From: Ardenticatenaceae bacterium
GTDB lineage: Bacteria > Chloroflexota > Anaerolineae > Promineifilales > Promineifilaceae
Length of the DNA: 64,000 nucleotides
Direction of reading: 5' to 3'
Assembly: GCA_020634565.1 (NCBI GenBank)
Contig: JACKBN010000020.1
Coordinates: 885 to 64,884, forward strand
The notes below the pieces were generated by a model that had not been told where the DNA came from, made no database searches, and saw only the letters and a list, made by a program, of their open reading frames with translations. A program made the translations under genes and the position numbers. The number at the start of each line of letters is the position of its first letter. Positions within the stretch are counted from its first letter, which is position 1. Shown in pieces: positions 48,983 through 60,550 of this stretch.

Positions 48983-49423
48983 ATGATTAACCAATGGCGA
49001 ACGCGTGAAGGTGATCTGTTTATGGCTTCGATTGTGGCTGGAATTCTGGCGGCTGGCGGGCTGATGTGGTTGTTTCGCCTGCACTTTTTTCTGGCGCTGA
49101 TTGTCTTTTTAATCGTCTTTGTGTTTACCTTTGACCGGACGCGTCTTTACCACAAAACAATGGTGAAAGTGTTTGCCGCTTCCTTCGCAGATACGCGTCA
49201 AATTGTGCACAATGTCCTCAAGGAAAAAGGATTGCCGTTCTTGCCTATGGGCAGCGATCAATACCTGATCGAGGATGAGGTGAGCATTAAGTTGATGCCC
49301 TTTAATAAGCAAGGATTTCAAGGAACGGCAGTTTCCCTCATTCCCCAAAACCACGAGAGCCAGCAACTCATCTTCAGCCTGCGCAACAAGCTGGATGAAG
49401 CCTTTCGTCCGCGTGGTTTGTGA
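48983..49423 (+). CDS. Hypothetical membrane protein
   Basis: 146-aa ORF with two N-terminal hydrophobic helices. I recognise no family. Confidence 0.4.
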   Translation: MINQWRTREGDLFMASIVAGILAAGGLMWLFRLHFFLALIVFLIVFVFTFDRTRLYHKTMVKVFAASFADTRQIVHNVLKEKGLPFLPMGSDQYLIEDEVSIKLMPFNKQGFQGTAVSLIPQNHESQQLIFSLRNKLDEAFRPRGL

Positions 49424-49427
49424 GACC

Positions 49428-50891
49428 CTACGCCAAATCTTCTAACACCAATTCAGCCGCCACCTTGCCGGAGAGTGTGACCATCGGGACGCCGCCGCCA
49501 GGGTGGGTGGTGCCCCCGGCAAAATAAAGCCCTGCAATTTGGTTGGAGCGGTTGTGCGGCCGTTTAAAAGCAGCCCAACGTGAATTTGGGGACGCGCCAT
49601 ACAGCGCTCCCTGCCACGCGCCGCTGCCTGCGGCCAAATCGTGCGGCGTCAAAATCTGCTCGGTAACGATGTGATCTCGCACGTCAAAGCCAAAGTTAGC
49701 AATTTTTTGCAGGATGAGATCGCGGTAATTTTGTTGGTTCGTGTGCCAATCGAAACGGCCGTCTAGCGGCGGCGCGTTGACCAGCACAAACCAGTTTTCG
49801 CCACCCTCCGGCGCGTGCTCTGGGTCGGTTTTGCTGGTGATGGCGATGTAGATGGTGGGATCATCTGGCGGTTGGCCTTGCGCAAAGATGGCCTCAAATT
49901 CGGCCGGGTAATCCGGCGAGAAGAGTATGTTGTGGTGCGCCAGTTCGGGAAACTGCTTGTTGATGCCCAGCAGGAGGATGAAGCCGGAGCAAGATGGGTC
50001 GAATTGTGAATTGTGAATGGTGGATTGTGAATTTTTAAGTAAGTGTTTTTGGGTGGTGGTGACGTCGAGGTTGCTGACGACGGCCGTTCCCTTTACTTTT
50101 TCCCCGTTTTCCAGGATGAGGTGGGAGAAACGGCCGTTAACCACCCCGATTTCCTGCACGCCGCAGTTGGTATGAATCGTCACGCCCAGTTCCTTGGCCA
50201 GCCTGGCCATCGCCTGGGCAATGGCGTAGATGCCGCCGCGCGGGTACCAGACGCCGCCGTTCAGCTCCACGTGGGCGATGACGTTGAGTGTGGCCGGGGC
50301 CAGGTATGGGCTGCCGCCGACGTAGGTGGCAAAGCGGCCCAAAAGCTGCCGCAGCTCTGGCGATTGCACATGATTTTCAATCGCCTGCTGCATCGTGCGC
50401 AGGCCGTCAATCTTGAACCAGTCTGGGAAGGGCACGCGCAGAAAACTGCGCCAGGTAGGTGGTCGGTCGTAGATGAAGACGGGGCCGGTGATGCGGTGAA
50501 TTTGCTCAGCGTAGCGCAAATACTTCTCATAGCCAGCCACATCTTCTGCGGCGATTTTGCGGATTTGCGTGGCCATCGCTTCCGGGTTTTCCTTGGCGTC
50601 GAGGACGGTGCCGTTAGGGTAAAAGTATCGTGTCAGCGGATCGACGGGTTCGAGCGTGAGGTAATCTTCTAGGCGGCGTCCGGCGCTGGTGAATAGCTCC
50701 TCAAACACGTGCCGCATGGTGATTACCGACGGGCCAATATCCCAGCGGAAGCCGTCGGCCTCGATTTGGCCCATCTTGCCACCCACTTGTGGGTTCTTTT
50801 CGTAAATCGTGACGCGCTGCCCGGCGGCCGCCAGCCGGATGGCTGTGCTCAGTCCGCCGATGCCTGCGCCGATGATGAGGATTTCGTTCAT
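49428..50891 (-). CDS. Phytoene-desaturase-family oxidoreductase (CrtD-like carotenoid 3',4'-desaturase candidate)
   Basis: 487 aa. The FAD motif reads ILIIGAGIGGLSTAIRLAAAGQRVTIYEKNPQVGGK. The C-terminal CrtI-family motif reads GLYFAGGTTHPGGGVPMV. It is the last gene of the carotenoid cluster. Confidence 0.7.
   Translation of the reverse strand: MNEILIIGAGIGGLSTAIRLAAAGQRVTIYEKNPQVGGKMGQIEADGFRWDIGPSVITMRHVFEELFTSAGRRLEDYLTLEPVDPLTRYFYPNGTVLDAKENPEAMATQIRKIAAEDVAGYEKYLRYAEQIHRITGPVFIYDRPPTWRSFLRVPFPDWFKIDGLRTMQQAIENHVQSPELRQLLGRFATYVGGSPYLAPATLNVIAHVELNGGVWYPRGGIYAIAQAMARLAKELGVTIHTNCGVQEIGVVNGRFSHLILENGEKVKGTAVVSNLDVTTTQKHLLKNSQSTIHNSQFDPSCSGFILLLGINKQFPELAHHNILFSPDYPAEFEAIFAQGQPPDDPTIYIAITSKTDPEHAPEGGENWFVLVNAPPLDGRFDWHTNQQNYRDLILQKIANFGFDVRDHIVTEQILTPHDLAAGSGAWQGALYGASPNSRWAAFKRPHNRSNQIAGLYFAGGTTHPGGGVPMVTLSGKVAAELVLEDLA
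50001..50036. repeat. Family E heptamer tandem (GAATTGT x5, imperfect) inside the CrtD-like coding sequence
   Basis: GAATTGT GAATTGT GAATGGT GGATTGT GAATTTT is translated on the minus strand as KNSQSTIHNSQF. Confidence 0.8.
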
Positions 50892-50901
50892 AGGTAATTG
50901 G

Positions 50902-50968
50902 GGAGATTGGAGACTGGAGATTGGAGATTAAAAAGTCTCCAGTTTCTAATCTCCAATCTCCAATCTCC
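50902..50968. repeat. Family A heptamer hairpin at the GT2 / CrtD-like junction
   Basis: A 15-bp perfect inverted repeat pairs 50916-50930 with 50947-50961. A nested GGAGACT/AGTCTCC pair is also present. The right arm encodes the last residues (LEIGD) and the stop of the GT2 ORF. Confidence 0.9.
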
Positions 50969-52058
50969 TGCCTTTCCACTCTGCCGTGCCGTGCCGCTGC
51001 CACTGAATTGATTGGAAGGCGATGCGGGTCATCATCAGGACGGAGATGGGCATGAGCAGGGCATCAAGGGGGCGTTGGTGGGTGAAAACGGCCGTTCCGC
51101 CCCGCAACACCACGCCAGCCAATCCCAAACCCAACGGCCACACATCCAAAGTGGTGGCAAACCAGAGCCAGGGAAACAGAAAAATGATCCAGTGAAATAC
51201 GGTCGAGAGCAGCAAAAAAGGGATGCTGTTGCCGTGCCCGGCCAGAATATTTTTGGCAAAGCCCGCCCGTACTTCTGGCCAATTTTGGTACATGCGGCAG
51301 CTTACCAGCCGGTTGCCATCGGCCATGCGCAGCCGCAATTTGTGCGCTTTGATAGCTTTGGCCAGGGCTACATCCTCGATGACGTTGTTGTGAACGGCCG
51401 TATGCCCCCCCACTTTTTCATACGCCTCGCGCCGGAACAGCAAGCATTGCCCGTTGGCAGCGGCGAAGGCGGGCAGATTTGTGTAATGCACCGGCAGGAT
51501 AGGCAGATAACACAAAATGGCAAAGCTCATGAGGGGCACAACGAGTCGTTCTGGCCAGGTTTCTGTTTGCTGCGTGGGCCAGACGGTGAGCAGGTCGGCC
51601 TGCTCGGTTTGGGCCAGGGCCAGCAGCGCCGCCAGCGCGTTAGGTGCCCAGCGCACGTCCGCATCTGCGAAGAGCAAGTACTCCCCGGTGGCGGCCTGGC
51701 TGAGCTGGTGACAGGCCCAATTTTTGCCCAACCAGCCGGGTGGCAGCGGCGTGCCAGACAGCAACCGGAAGCGGGCGTCGCCATTAGCGGCTTGGGTGGC
51801 GATGGCTCCGGTGCCGTCGTCGGACTGGTCGTCGAGGAGGATGAGTTCAAAGTTGGTGACCGTTTGCGCCAATAAAGCCCGAATCGTTTGGCCGATAACG
51901 ACCGCTTCGTTACGCGCTGGTATCAAAATAGAGAGTTTGGGCTGCTGCGCCAGTTGGGTTGCCTTGAGGCGGGGGAAGAAGAGGAAGTTGGAAACGGCCG
52001 TTATCCCCAAAATCAGCAGTGCGAATGAAGTGAATCCCCCGAGTATCGTTAAAATCAT
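50946..52058 (-). CDS. Family 2 glycosyltransferase (candidate carotenoid glycosyltransferase, CruC-like role)
   Basis: Motifs are LSILIPARNEAVVIGQTI, the ILLDDQSDDGT DxD region and FADADV. I prefer the start MILTILGG at ATG 52058, which forms an ATGA overlap with the upstream plsY-like stop. Confidence 0.7.
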   Translation of the reverse strand: MILTILGGFTSFALLILGITAVSNFLFFPRLKATQLAQQPKLSILIPARNEAVVIGQTIRALLAQTVTNFELILLDDQSDDGTGAIATQAANGDARFRLLSGTPLPPGWLGKNWACHQLSQAATGEYLLFADADVRWAPNALAALLALAQTEQADLLTVWPTQQTETWPERLVVPLMSFAILCYLPILPVHYTNLPAFAAANGQCLLFRREAYEKVGGHTAVHNNVIEDVALAKAIKAHKLRLRMADGNRLVSCRMYQNWPEVRAGFAKNILAGHGNSIPFLLLSTVFHWIIFLFPWLWFATTLDVWPLGLGLAGVVLRGGTAVFTHQRPLDALLMPISVLMMTRIAFQSIQWQRHGTAEWKGRRLEIGD

Positions 52059-52657
52059 GGGTTTGTTTTTTTGCGGCGACGAGACGGCCGTTTTCCCAAA
52101 TCCGCCCGGTGATTGTACGCCAGTAACCCCATCTGCACCGCCCACACGCCCAGTAAAACTGGGTCATCGAACCAGACGAGCAGCGCGATGAGCATGCCCA
52201 CCATTGTCAGCATCACCGCCCAGCCGGACGGCGTGATGAGCAGCGTAAACAGAATCAGCAGCGAGAGTGAAATGGGCGGCATTGTCCAAATGGTGATGCC
52301 GATCCAGACGCCAAATGCGGAGGCAATCGCTTTGCCCCCGCGCCAGTTGAGAAAAGGTGAAAAAGTGTGTCCTAAGGGTGGGGCCAACGAAATTGGAATG
52401 AGCGGCCAGCCTTCCACGCCAAAAATGTGTACTGCCAATCCCAGCGGCAGCGCCCCCTTCGCGATATCCAACATGAGCGCCAAAATGAAAGGCGGCATCC
52501 CGCCCGCGCGTAGCACGTTGGTCGCCCCAGGATTTTTGTCGCCGAATTGGCGAATATCTTTGCCCAGCATTAATTTGCCCACCCAAACAGAAAACGGCAG
52601 CGCGCCGAGCGTAAAACCGAAGAGGGTCCAGAGGAGGGTGGGGAGGAGTTGGTTCAT
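52055..52657 (-). CDS. plsY: PlsY-family acyl-phosphate acyltransferase
   Basis: 200 aa. GALPFSVWVGKLMLGKDIRQFGDKNPGATNVLRAGG and RGGKAIASAFG match PlsY (PF02660). Confidence 0.75.
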   Translation of the reverse strand: MNQLLPTLLWTLFGFTLGALPFSVWVGKLMLGKDIRQFGDKNPGATNVLRAGGMPPFILALMLDIAKGALPLGLAVHIFGVEGWPLIPISLAPPLGHTFSPFLNWRGGKAIASAFGVWIGITIWTMPPISLSLLILFTLLITPSGWAVMLTMVGMLIALLVWFDDPVLLGVWAVQMGLLAYNHRADLGKRPSRRRKKTNP

Positions 52658-52695
52658 AAGAAAGTGTGCAAGTGAGCAAGTGAACTGATTACCGA

Positions 52696-53505
52696 TTACT
52701 GCTTACTGAATACCGAGCGCCAGCCTAGCCAAACAAATAAACCCATCACCGTGCCGCCGACGAGGGCGGGGCCGACCAGACCCCAGAAGAAGAGCAGGCC
52801 GAATGTTTCCAGAAACCAGGTGATGGTGTAGATGATCAGCAGCGGGCGGGCGGGTAGATTTTGCGGTCGGATGAGGGCGGTGAGCAGTACGGCCGTTCCT
52901 AACCATCCCACATAATTGACCCAGGGAATACCAAAATAGCCGCTGGGTTCATGCCAGACCCACAATCCCCAACTAACCATTTGCGGATCGAGAAACAAAT
53001 CCCAGGCGGTGAAGGCTAGTCCGGCCAGCAGCAGGTACAGCCAGCGATTGTTGGCCCATCTGCCGGGCAGCTGCGCTTGCATGAGACGGGCCACGACCCA
53101 GGCGGCGGGCAGCATCATGAACCAGGCGAAGGGAATAAGTACTGGCACGTGGGCAATTTGCGGCTGCATCAAATCGGTGTAGCTGTAGCTGCCGAAGGGG
53201 AAGCCGGTGGTGGAGCCGAGCCATTCTACAAACAGGGTCAGTGCAGCGATGAGTACGGCCGTTCCCATCGTTTTGGGCCAGCCCCAGGAATCACGCACCA
53301 TTAGGAAAACGGCCGTTGCTTGCAGCAACACGCCCAACGTCAGCCCCAGCGGAATGATTTCCGGCCCCCAAATCCACTTCATGATGGGCAGGCTGATCAT
53401 GGCCAGCACCCAGAGGGCGATGAGGGTGGTGGTTAGAGATGGGGAGCCGGTAATCAGTGATCGGTAATCAGTAATCAGTTGCGGTTGGACTCGTTTGCTT
53501 TCCAC
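52696..53505 (-). CDS. cruF: Carotenoid biosynthesis protein, PF04240/CruF-like (carotenoid 1,2-hydratase candidate)
   Basis: 269-aa membrane protein. LFVEWLGSTTGFPFGSYSYTD, FTAWDLFLDPQMV and GIPWVNYVGW resemble the CruF family. The N-terminus is uncertain because codons ~9-20 are a heptamer repeat block. An alternative ATG lies at 53400. Confidence 0.65.
   Translation of the reverse strand: MESKRVQPQLITDYRSLITGSPSLTTTLIALWVLAMISLPIMKWIWGPEIIPLGLTLGVLLQATAVFLMVRDSWGWPKTMGTAVLIAALTLFVEWLGSTTGFPFGSYSYTDLMQPQIAHVPVLIPFAWFMMLPAAWVVARLMQAQLPGRWANNRWLYLLLAGLAFTAWDLFLDPQMVSWGLWVWHEPSGYFGIPWVNYVGWLGTAVLLTALIRPQNLPARPLLIIYTITWFLETFGLLFFWGLVGPALVGGTVMGLFVWLGWRSVFSKQ
53447..53480. repeat. Family B heptamer tandem at the 5' end of the cruF-like ORF
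   Basis: CCGGTAATCAGTGATCGGTAATCAGTAATCAGTT is translated as QLITDYRSLITG if the ORF-track start is used. Confidence 0.8.
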
Positions 53506-53508
53506 TTT

Positions 53509-54330
53509 TTATTTTTCACTCGTTACGGGTAGCCGGTTGATACGCCATTGGGAGACGGCCGTTTTCATCTGTGCCAACCGTTCCTGACTTTCTGTTGCTA
53601 AAAACAGCGTCATGCCGAAGGTGACCAGGACGTTGGTGATGAGGAAGAAGAGAAACTCTTCAAAGGGCAGAATGCCGCCAAGATACCAATTTAGCGTTTG
53701 GGCCGGGTCAATGGTCCAGATGCCGTCGTAGATGGCCAGGGCGTCGGCAGCAGCGAGGAAAAGGGTGGGGGGTACCAGTCCCAGCAGCACGATTTTACGG
53801 TGCTGCCACAGAATATCGCCGCCAAAGCCTACTTGCAGCATGATGGGCAGCAGCGCCCAGGCTAGAATCAGGGCCATGTAGGTGCCGGGTGCCCAACTGG
53901 TGACCAGGATAGCAACCATGATGACCCAAATAATGCCTAAAATGGTGAGGGCGGTGTAACGGAAACGGCCGTTTTCCCATCCCTTCTGCACTGTGTCCGG
54001 CTGACGCCGCAGCCAAAACAGCAGCCACAGCCCCGTCATGATTGGCTGCACAAGGAAAAAGGTGTACTCCTCGATGGGCACATAGCCGAATACAATGCCG
54101 GTCACCTTCGCCTGGTCGTACCACCAAACGGAAGTTGCCACCAGATAGTTATCCCACGGCGTGGTGTAGACCAAAGCCATTGCCAAATGCAGCGCCAAAA
54201 TCGCATAAGGTGGATAGCTGGCAAAGCACCGGGGCACCTGGCGGCCCAAACGGGCATCGCGCCAGGTAAGCCCCAGCAATATCACAATGGGAATGGCCAA
54301 GAAGAGGCTGAGAAAGCCGAAGTAGGTCAT
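53509..54330 (-). CDS. Fused heterodimer-type lycopene cyclase (two lycopene_cyc domains, CrtYc-CrtYd-like)
   Basis: 273-aa membrane protein. The two halves each carry a PxEE(x) motif context (VPIEEYTFFLVQP and LPFEEFLFFLITN), typical of TIGR03462 lycopene cyclase domains. Confidence 0.75.
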   Translation of the reverse strand: MTYFGFLSLFLAIPIVILLGLTWRDARLGRQVPRCFASYPPYAILALHLAMALVYTTPWDNYLVATSVWWYDQAKVTGIVFGYVPIEEYTFFLVQPIMTGLWLLFWLRRQPDTVQKGWENGRFRYTALTILGIIWVIMVAILVTSWAPGTYMALILAWALLPIMLQVGFGGDILWQHRKIVLLGLVPPTLFLAAADALAIYDGIWTIDPAQTLNWYLGGILPFEEFLFFLITNVLVTFGMTLFLATESQERLAQMKTAVSQWRINRLPVTSEK

Positions 54331-54334
54331 GTTT

Positions 54335-54441
54335 TTCCGTTATCGGTAATCCGTTATCGGTAATCCGTGAACCGTGAACGGTAATCGGTAAGCGTTTTTA
54401 TCGTTTACCGACCACCGATTACTGATTACCGTTTACCGAAC
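54335..54441. repeat. Family B heptamer inverted block filling the cyclase/crtI spacer
   Basis: The left block reads CCGTTAT CGGTAAT CCGTTAT CGGTAAT CCGTGAA CCGTGAA CGGTAAT CGGTAAG. The right block reads CGTTTAC CGACCAC CGATTAC TGATTAC CGTTTAC CGAACAC. Confidence 0.85.
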
Positions 54442-55956
54442 ACTGACAGGCGCGCCCATGATCAAATCTTCCGCAATTTTGCTGGAGGAGAGCACACCGG
54501 GCAAACCTGCGCCGGGGTGCGTACCTGCACCGACAAAGTAGAGATTGTCGATATCTTCCGAGCGGTTGTGCGGACGGAACCAGGCCGACTGCGTCAAAAT
54601 TGGTTCGACGGAGAAGGCGGAGCCGAGATGGCTGTTGAGATTCCCCTGGAAGTGGCGGGGGTCAATGTGCCGCTCGGTGACGATGTTGGCCTGCAAATCG
54701 GGCAGGTAATTGTCTTCCAGAAACTGCATGATGGCGTCGCGATATGGCTTGGCCGTTTTGTCCCAGTCGATGCCGGAACCAAGGTGCGGCACGGGGGACA
54801 GGACGTAGAATCCTTCGTGCCCTTCGGGCGCAATGCTGGGGTCCGTCGTCGTGGGCATGTGTAGGTAAAGCGAAAAGTCATCGGACAGCTGCTTGTTTTT
54901 GAAGATGTCTTGTAGCAACCCTTTGTACCGTTCGCTAAGAATGATGTTGTGGTGGGCCAGATGGCCGTCGTTGTACCGCTTTTTCGTCCCAAAATAAATC
55001 ACAAAGAGGGACATGCTGTAGCGCGTCAGGTTTTTGTAGCGGAAGTCGGAGTTGCGCAGGCTGCGGTTTTTGCTGTCGATGAGTTGGGTGTAGGTGAAGG
55101 CGACATCAGCGTTGGAGATGACGTGGTCGGCATAATGCACGGTGCCGTCCTTGAGACGAATGCCAGTGGCGCGTTTGTTTTCTACGAGAATTTCATCTAC
55201 TTCGGCGTTGAGGTGGAAACGGCCGTTTAACTCCTCAATCAAGCGTCCAAAGGCACGTACTAAGGCTCCGGTGCCGCCCATCACGTAATGCACACCCCAT
55301 TCCCGCTCCAGGTAATGGATCATGGCGTAAATGGAGGTGGTGTCGAACGGGTTGCCGCCCACCAGCAGCGGATGGAACGAGAAGCAGCGGCGCAAAAATT
55401 CATTCTCGATGAACTGCGAGGCGTAATTGTAGACCGTTTTGTGCGACTGCAAGCGCAGCAGGTCAGGAATGACGCGAATCATGTCATTGACAGACAAAAA
55501 TGGTTGGTCGGCCAGCTCCACGAACCCTTTTTCAAAGATCGCTTTGGTGGTAGCCATAAACCGCTTGTACCCTTCACGGTCGGCCCGGTTCCACTTCTCA
55601 ATCTGGTTGAGGATGAATTCTTCGTCGTTGTTGTAGTCTAGATAACGGCCGTTATGGTCAAAGATGCGGTAGAACGGATCGCAGGCCACAAACTCCACGT
55701 AATCTTCCCGCTTGCGCCCCGCCAGCTCAAAAATATCGTCGAACATGAACGGCGCGGTGATGACCGTCGGGCCAGCATCAAACTTGAAGCCGTCTTGCTC
55801 AAAGACGTAGGCCCGGCCACCGGGCTGGTCCAATTTCTCAAAAATATCGACCTGGTAACCTTGTGCGGCCAGCCGTGCGGCTGCGCCCAAACCACCAAAT
55901 CCACTGCCAATGATGATAACTTTTTCTTTCATGATTTCGCTTTTCTGGGAGTACAT
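54433..55956 (-). CDS. crtI: Phytoene desaturase CrtI
   Basis: 507-aa ORF. The likely true start is [22 protein letters not shown] at ATG 55932. The C-terminal motif reads [18 protein letters not shown]. Confidence 0.88.
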   Translation of the reverse strand: MYSQKSEIMKEKVIIIGSGFGGLGAAARLAAQGYQVDIFEKLDQPGGRAYVFEQDGFKFDAGPTVITAPFMFDDIFELAGRKREDYVEFVACDPFYRIFDHNGRYLDYNNDEEFILNQIEKWNRADREGYKRFMATTKAIFEKGFVELADQPFLSVNDMIRVIPDLLRLQSHKTVYNYASQFIENEFLRRCFSFHPLLVGGNPFDTTSIYAMIHYLEREWGVHYVMGGTGALVRAFGRLIEELNGRFHLNAEVDEILVENKRATGIRLKDGTVHYADHVISNADVAFTYTQLIDSKNRSLRNSDFRYKNLTRYSMSLFVIYFGTKKRYNDGHLAHHNIILSERYKGLLQDIFKNKQLSDDFSLYLHMPTTTDPSIAPEGHEGFYVLSPVPHLGSGIDWDKTAKPYRDAIMQFLEDNYLPDLQANIVTERHIDPRHFQGNLNSHLGSAFSVEPILTQSAWFRPHNRSEDIDNLYFVGAGTHPGAGLPGVLSSSKIAEDLIMGAPVSVR

Positions 55957-56083
55957 CCCAGGCTAAAGTTGGGGGATGTTTTACTCTACCCCGCTGGTAA
56001 AATGATATTTTTGCAGCAGGAAAAAGTGATGGCTCCACCCTTTTCCCTACTTCCCTCTTTTTACTTCGATTAAATAAGTTTAT

Positions 56084-56141
56084 AGAAGTTCAACTTTTGG
56101 CTAATTACGGCGTTGCGTCGTTGAGAAAAAGTTGAACTTCT
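56084..56141. repeat. Perfect 15-bp inverted repeat in the crtB/crtI spacer
   Basis: AGAAGTTCAACTTTT (56084-56098) pairs with AAAAGTTGAACTTCT (56127-56141) around a 28-nt loop. Confidence 0.85.
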
Positions 56142-56156
56142 CTCTTAACACCGTAT

Positions 56157-57230
56157 TTACCCTTGCGGCACCGCATACAAATTTTCAGTTTCGATGGGTG
56201 ATTGATGCGAACAGGCAACCAGCGCTGGCTGGGTGTGGACCGGTTTGTCTACCAAATGGATGTACTGGTTGGTTTTGGAACGCCACCAGATGCCGGGCAG
56301 ATGGGCCATTTTTTCTTGCTTGGTTGTGTGGGCGCGGCGGCTGAAAACATCGTAATCGTGCGCTTCGATGTCGTCCAGGATGGCACGGTACAGTTCGGCG
56401 GCGGCGGCAATGGCGAAACGGCCGTTTTTACCCAACATAGCCACCCCTGGCAGCGCCTCCGCGTAAAGCTGCCGCGCCCGCCGAATCTGGAAGCGCATGA
56501 AGGCGCGCCAGCGGTGGTCGATAATGCCTGCGGCAATATCCTCTTCTGTCAGATTAAACATGCGTAATTCTTCAAGGGGGAGGTAGAGACGGCCGTTTTC
56601 CCAATCTTCCTGCACATCACGCAAAATATTGGTAAGTTGCAGCGCTACGCCCAGCTTAATGGCATAAGGAATCGCTTTGTGCCCGTCGTAACCCACAATG
56701 TGCATGGCCATCAGGCCCACTGTGGAGGCCACGCCATAGCAATATTGGGCCAGCTCACTGAACGTTTCGTAACGGCTGTGAACCAGGTCAGATGTGACCC
56801 CGTCTAGCAACTGCTCCGCATAGCGGCGCGGAATGTTGAAATTGGCGCGCGTATCGGCCCAGGCCAGCGCCACCAAATTGTAAATGGGGGGGTGATTAGC
56901 CAAACTTTCTTGCCGCCATTGCAAAATGCGCTGGTGCTGATTTTCGCTTTCTTTGTCTACCAAATCATCACTAACGCGGCAAAAAGCGTACAAAGCACGC
57001 GCAGCTTGCCGTTGGTCTTTAGGAAGAAGTCCAGATGCCAAATAAAACGTGCGGCTGTGATGTTTGGTGATGACGGCGCAATATTCATACGCTTGGGCCA
57101 GGTGTTCGCGGCCATTATAAACAGGCTCATTAATGCTCTCATGATCCAGGGCGTGATGAGCTAAGCGCAGTAAACGTGTTTCCCAAACTGTTGGTTCTAA
57201 AGTTTCTAACGCCATCTCTTCCTCCTTCAA
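56157..57230 (-). CDS. crtB: Phytoene synthase CrtB (squalene/phytoene synthase family)
   Basis: 357 aa. The Asp-rich motifs are [12 protein letters not shown] and [18 protein letters not shown]. Confidence 0.88.
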   Translation of the reverse strand: MKEEEMALETLEPTVWETRLLRLAHHALDHESINEPVYNGREHLAQAYEYCAVITKHHSRTFYLASGLLPKDQRQAARALYAFCRVSDDLVDKESENQHQRILQWRQESLANHPPIYNLVALAWADTRANFNIPRRYAEQLLDGVTSDLVHSRYETFSELAQYCYGVASTVGLMAMHIVGYDGHKAIPYAIKLGVALQLTNILRDVQEDWENGRLYLPLEELRMFNLTEEDIAAGIIDHRWRAFMRFQIRRARQLYAEALPGVAMLGKNGRFAIAAAAELYRAILDDIEAHDYDVFSRRAHTTKQEKMAHLPGIWWRSKTNQYIHLVDKPVHTQPALVACSHQSPIETENLYAVPQG

Positions 57231-57309
57231 AAACTGATTGCCTCAAAAATAAGTGCGCAAGTTGTCGGGGGCGTCTAAATAGAAAACAGCTTTTTAGAAG
57301 CTTGAGAAG

Positions 57310-57338
57310 ATGTTAGCCCACTCAATTTATTTTGTCAA
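57310..57338 (-). promoter_or_regulatory. Sigma-70-like promoter candidate for the carotenoid operon
   Basis: On the minus strand, TTGACA (57338-57333) is followed by a 17-nt spacer and TAACAT (57315-57310), about 80 nt upstream of the crtB ATG. Confidence 0.3.
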
Positions 57339-57487
57339 GGTATTGTTTATATTTTGGATTGATTTTTGCGGTTTTCGGCCTAGTTCGCCTTGAATAGTTG
57401 TGCAAAACATGCGTTTGAACAGGTTTTGTAGAGCGTGCCTGGAAAATGTGCAGGTAGCAAATTGCCTCAAACGGCCGTTACAAATCC

Positions 57488-59608
<2,121 letters not shown>

Positions 59609-59647
59609 TTTTTTTAGTTAAAAGTAAAAAGTAACAAGTGGCACTTT

Positions 59648-60550
59648 TTACGCCTGAATTTTTGGTAATAAGTGGGCTACCACGTCGGCATCGTTTTGCG
59701 GAGTGGGGACATTGTTGAAAAGCTGCCATGTTTCGGTGTGGCTGGCGGTGGCGTCTGGTTCTAGCCGCACCAGCGGTGCGAGGCTTTCCAACTCCATGAT
59801 CTCGTTGTTGGTGAACAGTTCAGCCGAACAGTTGCGGTCTGGATAGTTAGCCTGTGGATCGTGAGGCGGGAATGTTTTGAGGAAGAAACGGCCGTTGTGT
59901 ACATATCCCAACCAACCCGGAAAATTGTCGCTGCCGATCTTTTGCGGTGTGGCTGCCTCTGGGTCTTGACGCAGCAAAATGAACTGCTCGCCCCAGGTCC
60001 AGCGTGGGTCCGCCATGTTGGTGTAGGCCCAGGTGACGAGGTTTCCGGTGGGCAGCAGGTTGCCTTCGTGACTGCCGCGCGGGGGAAGAGGGAATACGGC
60101 CGTTCCCCCCGTCGTCATCACCGAGAGCGCCCAAGGCGCCAGCTCTACAGCCCATGGATTCAGATTTTGCACGGTGTGCGTTAACGTGACTTTCGCCTCT
60201 TGCGGGTCAAGGGCAATGTCGATGATTTTTTGCATGCGTGTAGTGGTTTCTACGGGGGCGATGAAGCGGACAAACGCGCCATGATCTTCCACCGTGACCG
60301 GATTGTTATCCGGGTAGTATGTGCGCGGCTGCTGTTCAGGGGCCAGCCAGAAGCGGTGGCCACCATAGCTCTGCCATTCGGCATCCCCTGTGCGGCCAAC
60401 CTGGCCCGCAAGTTCGGCAAAGATATTTTCTCCGCCGACAAAGCTGAAGTGAATAATGCGGGGGCCAACATCGGCCGTCACGACAAGTTCGATCTGTTGG
60501 TTGCTGAGCTGAATGCAGTTTTCCCAGCCGAGAAAGGATATCTGTTTCAC
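59648..60550 (-). CDS. Hypothetical protein, DUF4380-like (aldose-epimerase-like fold suspected)
   Basis: 300-aa ORF with good coding appearance (GGHRFWLAPE). The family assignment is from memory and weak. Confidence 0.4.
   Translation of the reverse strand: MKQISFLGWENCIQLSNQQIELVVTADVGPRIIHFSFVGGENIFAELAGQVGRTGDAEWQSYGGHRFWLAPEQQPRTYYPDNNPVTVEDHGAFVRFIAPVETTTRMQKIIDIALDPQEAKVTLTHTVQNLNPWAVELAPWALSVMTTGGTAVFPLPPRGSHEGNLLPTGNLVTWAYTNMADPRWTWGEQFILLRQDPEAATPQKIGSDNFPGWLGYVHNGRFFLKTFPPHDPQANYPDRNCSAELFTNNEIMELESLAPLVRLEPDATASHTETWQLFNNVPTPQNDADVVAHLLPKIQA

Noticed and set aside
50701-51003. 100-aa minus-strand ORF spanning the crtD-like start, the family A hairpin and the GT2 end.
   Set aside because: It overlaps two well-supported genes out of frame and is largely encoded by repeat sequence, so it is an artefact.
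54335-54441. The repeat blocks (also 50902-50968, 42541-42640 and 24766-24836) considered as possible CRISPR arrays.
   Set aside because: The units are only 7-9 nt, directly abutting and without unique spacers. They are arranged as inverted blocks, and no cas genes are in the window.
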